From the NCBI GenBank assembly GCA_028868375.1, contig JAGWUP010000009.1, forward strand, positions 32,538 to 96,537: DNA of 64,000 bases, written 5' to 3'. The notes under the pieces are model-generated. The model did not search any database. It worked only from the letters and a program-made list of their open reading frames with translations, and had not been told where the DNA came from. The stretch comes from Elusimicrobiota bacterium (GTDB lineage Bacteria; Elusimicrobiota; Elusimicrobia; UBA1565; UBA9628). The translations under genes and the position numbers were made by a program. Positions 57,918-64,000 of the stretch are shown here, piece by piece. The stretch's first letter is position 1; the number at the start of each line of letters is the position of its first letter.

Positions 57918-59244
57918 CCGCCACGCCGTAGGATTTAAGCTTGCGCCAGAGGGTGTTGCGCCCGACTCCGAGCCGCCGGGCCGCCTCGGTGGCGTTGCCG
58001 CCGCAGGCCTCAAAGACGGCGAGAATATGCTTGCGCTCCAGCTCCTCCAAGGTCTCGGCCGCGACGCCGCTCGGCCCCTGCAGCTCCGCCGGCAAATCCG
58101 GCAAGGACACCGCGGGACCGGAGGCCATGATCAGGGCCCGCTCGATGGCGTGCTCCAGCTCCCGGACGTTCCCCGGCCAAGAGTAGGCCGCAAGCGCCGA
58201 GGCCGCCTCCGGGGCCAGCCGCACGGCCGAGCCCCCCGTCTTCTTCTTGGCCTTGCGCAAGAAATGCTCGGCCAGCGGCAGGATGTCCTCCCGGCGCTGG
58301 CGCAGCGGCGGAATCTCGATGGGAAAGACCTTCAGCCGGTAGTAGAGATCTTCCCGGAATTTCCCCTCTTTGACGCGCTGGGCCAGGTCCTTGTTGGTGG
58401 CCGCGACCAGGCGGCCGGACACCTTGATGGGGTGGTTGTCGCCGACGCGCCGCACCTCCCCCTCCTGCAGCGCGCGCAGGAGCTTGACCTGCAGGGCCAA
58501 GCTCGTCTCGCTGATCTCGTCGAGAAACAGGGTCCCGCCGCTGGCCTCCTCGAAGAGCCCGCGCTTGTTGCGGTCCGCGCCCGTAAACGAGCCCTTGACG
58601 TGCCCGAAGAGCTCGCTCTCGAGCAGCCCCTCCGGCAGCGCGCCGCAGTTGATCGCCACGAAGGAGCCGCTGCGCCGGGGGCTGTTCTCGTGAATGGCGC
58701 GGGCGACGAGCTCCTTTCCGGTGCCGGACTCCCCGCAGACCAGCACCGTCGCCTCGGTGACGGCGACTTTCTTGACTAACTCCAGCACCCGGTGCATCTG
58801 GGGCGAGCCGTAGACGATGCCCTCGAAGCTGTACTTGCCCTTCACCTCCTCGCGCAGCCGGCGCACCTCTCCCAGCAGGCTTCTGCGCTCCAAAGCCTTG
58901 TGCAGCACCAGCGCCAACTGCTCGGTCTCGATCGGCTTGGTCAGGAAATCGAAGGCCCCCGCCTTCATCGCGGCCACGGCCGAGGAAATCGAGCCGTGCC
59001 CGGTGACCACGACGACCTCGGCGTCCGGCTGCTCGCGCTTGGAGGCGCGCAGCACCTCGAGGCCATCGCTGTCTGCCAAGCGCAGATCGGTCAGCACCAG
59101 CTCGTAGTTGTCTCGCGCCAGATGCGCGAGCGCCTCGGATGCCGATTTCGCTGCGGTCACCGCGTAGCCTCGCCCCTTGAGCTCGAAGGAGAGCAGGGTC
59201 TGCTGCGAGGGATCATCCTCCACCAGCAATATCTTGAGCGCCAT
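57898..59244 (-). CDS. Sigma54-dependent response regulator (REC-AAA+-HTH)
   Basis: [38 protein letters not shown], Fis-type HTH. Confidence 0.95.
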   Translation of the reverse strand: MALKILLVEDDPSQQTLLSFELKGRGYAVTAAKSASEALAHLARDNYELVLTDLRLADSDGLEVLRASKREQPDAEVVVVTGHGSISSAVAAMKAGAFDFLTKPIETEQLALVLHKALERRSLLGEVRRLREEVKGKYSFEGIVYGSPQMHRVLELVKKVAVTEATVLVCGESGTGKELVARAIHENSPRRSGSFVAINCGALPEGLLESELFGHVKGSFTGADRNKRGLFEEASGGTLFLDEISETSLALQVKLLRALQEGEVRRVGDNHPIKVSGRLVAATNKDLAQRVKEGKFREDLYYRLKVFPIEIPPLRQRREDILPLAEHFLRKAKKKTGGSAVRLAPEAASALAAYSWPGNVRELEHAIERALIMASGPAVSLPDLPAELQGPSGVAAETLEELERKHILAVFEACGGNATEAARRLGVGRNTLWRKLKSYGVAVTQKAR

Positions 59245-60665
59245 CAGTCCCCCGAGAAGCCGAGCTGGACCTGGAAACGGGTGCGCCCCGGCCGAGTCTC
59301 CACGAAGATCGCCCCGCCGTGAGCCTTGACGATGCGCTCCGCGATCGCCAGCCCCAGGCCGGTGCCCTGCTGCTTGGTCGTCTGGAAGGGCTTGAACATC
59401 GAGGCGCGCATCGCCTCCGGAATGCCGGGGCCGGTGTCCTCGACCTCGAAGAAGGCGCGCCCGCCGCTGCGCCCCGTGCGCACGCTGAGCTTCCCCCCGC
59501 CGGCCAAGGCCTGCAGGGCGTTGATCATCAGATTCCAGACCACCTGCCGGAGCTGGTCGGCGTCCATCGGGAAGGGCTTGAGCTCCTTCGACAGGGAGAG
59601 GACGATCTGCGTGGAGGCCTTGAGCTCGGCGTTGGACTCGATCATGCGCGCCGTCTCCTCGATCAAGCCGTTGAGATCGGAGCGCGCCAGCTTCAGCTCC
59701 CGCGGCCGGGCGAAGGAGAGGAAGTTGGTGAGCGCCTCGTTGAGCCGTTGGCTTTCGTGGCGCAGCACGCGCATGACGACGTCCCTGTCCTCCGCGTTGA
59801 GCTCGGAGCCGGAGGCCAGCTCCTTGGCCGCCATCACGATGGAGCTTAAGGGATTGCGTATCTCGTGGGCGACGACGGCGGCCATCTCGCCCAGGGAGGC
59901 CAGGGCCTCCGAGTCGGCCACGCGCGCCTGCAGCGCCAAGTGCTCGGTCATGTCGACCGCGTTCGAGATGTAGCCCACGATCTCTCCGGCCCCGTCGCGC
60001 ACGGCGGTGATGGTCAAGACCAGCGGTATCTCGCGCCCGTCCTTGGCCTTGTTGATCATCTCGCCGCGCCAGTGGCCCTTGGTGAGGATCGCTTCCCACA
60101 TCCTCTTATAGAGCTCGTCGCTGGAGTGGCGCGAGCGCAGGATGCGGGGAGTGCGGCCGACCGCCTCCTCCCGCGACCAGCCGTAATGGCGGCTGAAGGC
60201 CTCGTTGACGTCGAGGATCGTCCCGTTGCGGTCGCAGTAGAACATCACCTCGTTGGAGCGGCGGAAGGCCTCGTAAAGGGTCAGGGCCAGCCGGCGGTCG
60301 CGCGCCTGCTCGCCGATGTCGCGCGCGGTCACGAGGACGGCCCGCTCCGCTCCCAGCCGCACCAGCCTGCCCTTCTGCTCGACGGCCACCGGCCGTCCGA
60401 TCTTGTCGCGCAGGGTCGCCGGAAAATCCCCGGAGCCCGCCGCCAGCACGCGGCGGATCCAGGCCTTGTCCAAGGCCGCGTCCTTGGGGTCATAATAGAA
60501 TTCCGAGATCGAGCGGCCGAGAAGCTCCCCCTTGTCGTAGCCGGTCCCGCGCAGAGCCGCCGCGTTGACGTCGAGCACCGTCCCCTCGGGATCGCGCAGC
60601 CAGACCCAATCCGGCAACAGCTCGAAGATGTCGAGCTCGTGGACCACGTTCTGGCGACGGACCAT
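59244..60665 (-). CDS. Cytoplasmic double-PAS histidine kinase
   Basis: Two PAS/PAC domains, AHEIRNPL, GTGLGL. Confidence 0.92.
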   Translation of the reverse strand: MVRRQNVVHELDIFELLPDWVWLRDPEGTVLDVNAAALRGTGYDKGELLGRSISEFYYDPKDAALDKAWIRRVLAAGSGDFPATLRDKIGRPVAVEQKGRLVRLGAERAVLVTARDIGEQARDRRLALTLYEAFRRSNEVMFYCDRNGTILDVNEAFSRHYGWSREEAVGRTPRILRSRHSSDELYKRMWEAILTKGHWRGEMINKAKDGREIPLVLTITAVRDGAGEIVGYISNAVDMTEHLALQARVADSEALASLGEMAAVVAHEIRNPLSSIVMAAKELASGSELNAEDRDVVMRVLRHESQRLNEALTNFLSFARPRELKLARSDLNGLIEETARMIESNAELKASTQIVLSLSKELKPFPMDADQLRQVVWNLMINALQALAGGGKLSVRTGRSGGRAFFEVEDTGPGIPEAMRASMFKPFQTTKQQGTGLGLAIAERIVKAHGGAIFVETRPGRTRFQVQLGFSGD

Positions 60666-60726
60666 GCGTCTATTAAATATAATTTTGCGTTCCATTTCGG
60701 ATCAAACGGCATAGCGAAAACGATTT

Positions 60727-60742
60727 TGGCCGTTTTATTGCA
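60727..60742 (+). promoter_or_regulatory. Sigma54-type element, TGGCCGTTTTATTGCA, upstream of the rpoN-like gene
   Basis: GG-N10-GC about 30 nt upstream of ATG 60773. Confidence 0.75.
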
Positions 60743-60772
60743 ATACCATCATGGAACATTCCGGCCAATGAC

Positions 60773-61861
60773 ATGAACAAACAACGTTTGGACGCGCGCT
60801 TGCGCCAGGAGCAACGATTGGCTCTCTTCGGCCGGATGCGGATGGCCGAATGGATCGAGATGCCGGAGCGGGACTTCGCCCGGGAGATCGAGCGGCTGGA
60901 GAAGGACGAGCTCTTCCGAAGGCTCTATTTCGGCTCCGGGCAGCGCGCGGGAGCCATCCGGCGGCAGCGCTGGCCGCGGGCGCGCTTCGCCGGCATCGGC
61001 GAGCTCAACGAGCGGGTGACGGCCGGGGGCGGGGAGCGGGTCAAGGTGGAGGAGCGCCTCGAGGACCAAGGCGAGATCGCCGAGACCATCCGCAGGCTGG
61101 GGCGCGAGAACTTCGAGCGCTACTTCCTCTACGCCGAGGAAGCCCTGCCGCTCTCGGAGATCGCCAAGCGCACCGGGCTGGACGAGGCCGCGATCAAGGC
61201 GATCAACGATTTCTTGGTCGAGATCGGCGCCGAGTCGGAGTTCTCCTCGCTGCCGCGCGCCTCCGGAGGGGTGGGCTGCTATTGCGTGGCGCGCCTGACC
61301 GTCGTCGACGAGGAGCCGGTCTTCGAGTTCTTCTCCCCCCACTGGGCGCGCGGCCTCTACCAGATCCGCTACGACATCATCGAGCAGATGAAGGACACCA
61401 GCGAGCTGGTCGGCGGCGACGTCAAGCGCCTGCCCAATCTCCTCAAGCGCATCGAGACGATCAACCTGCGCCAGAGCACGATGTTCCGCGTGCTGGAGAC
61501 CCTCTCCAAGGTGCAGGTCGGCTATCTGAAAACCAGGCGAGACGATCTCAAGCGCCCGATCAGCCTGCGCATGCTGGCCAAGAGGCTGGACCTGGCCCCC
61601 AGCACCGTCAGCCGCGCCCTTTCGGAGCGCTCCGTGCGCCTGCCCTGGGACAAGGAGGCTCCCTTAATCGAGCTCTTGCCCGGCCGCCGCCGGCAACTGC
61701 GGCTGATCCTCAACCGCTGGCTGTCCGAGGACGCCAGCCCCACCGACGCGGCGCTGACCTCCCGCCTGAAGCAGGAATACGGCATCGCCGTGTCCCGGCG
61801 CACCGTCAACGCCGTCCGCCATGAATTGCGCCCCGGCGGGACGAGGCGCGCTTCCCCCTGA
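60773..61861 (+). CDS. Divergent, shortened sigma54 (RpoN)-like factor
   Basis: Gln/Leu-rich region I-like start, RQSTMFRV...Q..Y....LKRPISLR.LA..LDLAPSTVSRA HTH, TDAAL...L...GIAVSRRTVNAVR RpoN-box variant. Confidence 0.8.
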   Translation: MNKQRLDARLRQEQRLALFGRMRMAEWIEMPERDFAREIERLEKDELFRRLYFGSGQRAGAIRRQRWPRARFAGIGELNERVTAGGGERVKVEERLEDQGEIAETIRRLGRENFERYFLYAEEALPLSEIAKRTGLDEAAIKAINDFLVEIGAESEFSSLPRASGGVGCYCVARLTVVDEEPVFEFFSPHWARGLYQIRYDIIEQMKDTSELVGGDVKRLPNLLKRIETINLRQSTMFRVLETLSKVQVGYLKTRRDDLKRPISLRMLAKRLDLAPSTVSRALSERSVRLPWDKEAPLIELLPGRRRQLRLILNRWLSEDASPTDAALTSRLKQEYGIAVSRRTVNAVRHELRPGGTRRASP

Positions 61862-61870
61862 GCGATCGCT

Positions 61871-61886
61871 TGGCCGTGGCGTTGCA
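61871..61886 (+). promoter_or_regulatory. Sigma54-type element, TGGCCGTGGCGTTGCA, upstream of the DUF542-like gene
   Basis: GG-N10-GC in a 37-bp intergenic gap. Confidence 0.75.
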
Positions 61887-61898
61887 GAGTAGACGGAC

Positions 61899-62096
61899 GT
61901 GGACTTGAACATCACCTCAGACATGACGATCCGCGACGTCATCGAGCGCTTCCCGGCCACGCGGAAGGTCTTCTTCAGGCACCGCTTGGAGGCCTGCTGC
62001 GGGGGCGCTCATTCGATCGCGGTGGCCGCCGTGGCCCGCGGCATCGACCCGGACCATCTGATCTCGGAGATTCGCCGGGCCGTCGAGGCGGCCTGA
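61899..62096 (+). CDS. Stand-alone ScdA_N/DUF542-like domain protein
   Basis: TIRDVI..FP....VF....LEACCGG..SI...A...GIDPD.L. Confidence 0.75.
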   Translation: MDLNITSDMTIRDVIERFPATRKVFFRHRLEACCGGAHSIAVAAVARGIDPDHLISEIRRAVEAA

Positions 62097-62190
62097 CGGG
62101 GAACCTGGCCACAAAAGACTTGCGCGAAACGACGGCGTATGCTATATAGATAGAAGAGTTTCGAACCTGAGACTAGAAATGTCAGGACCG

Positions 62191-62223
62191 ACCCGCCAAG
62201 AAAACGGCGGGTTTCGTGTTTTC
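62191..62223 (+). terminator. Intrinsic terminator
   Basis: ACCCGCC-aagaaaac-GGCGGGT followed by TTCGTGTTTTT. Confidence 0.65.
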
Positions 62224-62342
62224 TAGGCCCGCGTAGCGGGCCTGCCGGCGCCGTAAGGCCCGGTCCGCCTAGGTCCATCGTTCCTCCTCGCAGGGGCCGC
62301 TCGGCCCTTCCGCTCAAACGGCCTCCACGCTAAAATAATGTC

Positions 62343-63596
62343 ATGAGACTATTAGCCGTCTCGCTGGTCCTCGCTTGCCTGCCATGGACGGCTCCCGCCC
62401 GAGCGGGGATGAACGAGGCCGCTCCCGCCCCAGAGCTTTTGCTGCTCCCGTTTCCAGCCGCCGCGCCCCAGACCGTAATCCAGTTGCAAGCCTTCCTGAA
62501 AACTCAAGAGGGCCAGGGTTTGGCCTTCTTGGTTCCAGACTTGGCCGGCCTGGCCCAAGCCGATCCGAACGCCCTGATGACGCGGCAATTGGTCGGCGCC
62601 CTGTCGCAAACGCAAGCCTGGCGGCCGGGCTTCATCCGTCCGCTGTTCACTGTCCAGTTAAGCCAAGCCATGGCTAAGAGGGACCGTCGACTTCGGGAAG
62701 CAGCGGCCCGCAATCTCGAGCGCGCCTGCCGGCAAGCCAAGCCGTCCGTAACAGCCGCCCTGGAGGCATTGCGCCGACGCGTCAAGGATGAGGCCAAGAG
62801 CGACGGCTCATTGACGCCGGAGCAAGCCCGGGAAATTGCCGACCAGCTGGAGCAGGCCGGCCTCTTCGGCCAGCTGACCGGGAATCTGGCGCGAGACATC
62901 CGCGTTATGGCCATGGTCCAGCCGGCGCTGCAGACGCTGACAGGGGGCTGCGCCGAAAGCGAGGCCGCCGCGCCAAGCGAGCCGGTGCCGGCTCCGGCCG
63001 GAAAGACGGAAACAACTCGAAGCCGCCTTAGCGTGGTGGACGGTTTGAGAGCGGACCTGGATAATGCCCCCCCGCGCGAAGTCGCCCCGCTGGCGAGAGC
63101 TCTCTCCACGCTGATGGAGGTCCGCGGCAAGGTCGGGGAAGACGCCGTCAAGGCCCTGTTTTATCGCGTTTCCCTGGCCGCGAAGGCCGGCGATCAAGTG
63201 CGCGCCGTCACCTTGCTCGAGGCGGCCGTCCCCGAGGCGCCAAAGCTTGCCGAAATGGCGCGGAAAAATCCCGCTCTGCCGGGCCTGCTGCGCCATAGGC
63301 TGGCCGAGCGCCGGCATAATCTCCGCGGGGAGCAGACGGACTACGCGGCGGCGCTGGAAGCCGCCCGGCAAAGGCTGCAGGCGGCCCAAGAGCAGTTGGA
63401 TAATGACAAGGCTTCCGCCGCCGTCCTCGACTGGATCAAGCAAGAGGATGGGTCCCGGACGGAAACGACGCCTCCCCCCTCCGAGAAGGCCCCGGCCTGG
63501 CAAAGCATCCTCATCATGCTGTCCATATCGGCCCTCCTTTGGTGGGGAGCTGCGGAGCTACTGTCCTTGCTTGAGCGGCTGTTCCACCACCTCTAA
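62343..63596 (+). CDS. Hypothetical exported helical protein with C-terminal TM
   Basis: Signal peptide ending ARA, long ORF, C-terminal hydrophobic helix. Confidence 0.6.
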   Translation: MRLLAVSLVLACLPWTAPARAGMNEAAPAPELLLLPFPAAAPQTVIQLQAFLKTQEGQGLAFLVPDLAGLAQADPNALMTRQLVGALSQTQAWRPGFIRPLFTVQLSQAMAKRDRRLREAAARNLERACRQAKPSVTAALEALRRRVKDEAKSDGSLTPEQAREIADQLEQAGLFGQLTGNLARDIRVMAMVQPALQTLTGGCAESEAAAPSEPVPAPAGKTETTRSRLSVVDGLRADLDNAPPREVAPLARALSTLMEVRGKVGEDAVKALFYRVSLAAKAGDQVRAVTLLEAAVPEAPKLAEMARKNPALPGLLRHRLAERRHNLRGEQTDYAAALEAARQRLQAAQEQLDNDKASAAVLDWIKQEDGSRTETTPPPSEKAPAWQSILIMLSISALLWWGAAELLSLLERLFHHL

Positions 63597-63603
63597 GAGC
63601 GGC

Positions 63604-64000
63604 TTAGTCCAGGAGGTCGGAGGGCTGGGCGAACAGGTTCTTGGCGGCGCCGGCCTGCTTGAGCAGGGGGTTGTCGGGGCGGCCGCGCTTGAGCAGCACG
63701 TGCTCGTGAACGTCCCGCTCTCCCTTCATCCCCTTATTGACGTTGATGGAGAGATCGGCGGTGATGTCGAGGGGATCGACCAACTGGATGAGCACGCGGA
63801 GCATGTCGTTGAAAGCCACGCCGGCGCCGTCACGGCCGGAGAGCAGGTCGACGAAGGCGCGGGCTTGCTTCTGCGGCGTGGGGCAGCGCCGGGCGGCGGC
63901 GATCGCGCGGACGATCGACTCGGCCTGGTAGGCGAGCAGATCGGCGCGGCCCGCGGCGTCGTCTCCGAAGCGATGCTCGCCTTCTAGAGCGGAGCGATCG
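63604..64000 (-). CDS. 3' end of a hypothetical protein running off the window
   Basis: Frame is open from 63999 to TAA at 63604, with GC3-rich codons. Confidence 0.6.
   Translation of the reverse strand, partial: DRSALEGEHRFGDDAAGRADLLAYQAESIVRAIAAARRCPTPQKQARAFVDLLSGRDGAGVAFNDMLRVLIQLVDPLDITADLSINVNKGMKGERDVHEHVLLKRGRPDNPLLKQAGAAKNLFAQPSDLLD

Noticed and set aside
62106..62123. TGGCCACAAAAGACTTGC as another sigma54 element (also TGGCCCGCATATGC near 12006-12019, minus)
   Set aside because: GG-GC spacing is 13 and 9 nt respectively, not 10.
1..64000. CRISPR arrays, tRNA/rRNA, integrases, phage or defence genes; firm taxonomic assignment
   Set aside because: None recognised by eye, and no marker gene is present. 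There is also no direct evidence that the redox region is a mobile island.

Overview
High-GC bacterial genomic window of about 59 genes, with no rRNA, tRNA or CRISPR seen. The core is a respiratory and extracellular electron transfer region. It holds a Cyc2-type cytochrome-porin and a small cytochrome c directly upstream of a complete alternative complex III (actABCDEF), whose ActE is fused to six extra class I cytochrome c domains (7 hemes). It also holds a decaheme MtrA/MtoA-like plus MtrB-like porin pair followed by hemA, a monoheme cytochrome and a Rieske/split-cytochrome-b complex, plus cytochrome bd, two radical SAM proteins, a Crp/Fnr regulator, two USPs and two sigma54-type two-component systems. 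The strongest novel signal is regulatory. A short, divergent sigma54 (RpoN)-like protein (60773-61861; RpoN box SRRTVNAVR) co-occurs with 12 GG-N10-GC promoter elements placed directly upstream of these operons. Eleven of the 12 share a non-canonical YGTTGC -12 element, they include two back-to-back divergent pairs, and four genes appear leaderless. This suggests a self-contained alternative-sigma54 regulon for metal or extracellular electron transfer (inference). Other items: a 280-bp MITE with 28-bp TIRs, a TTA target duplication and two covarying hairpin arms at the actF stop codon; an in-frame TAG in a devA-like ATPase; a candidate small RNA; and interspersed transport, ECF sigma and glycosylation genes. 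All assignments come from motif reading by eye, with no database searches.
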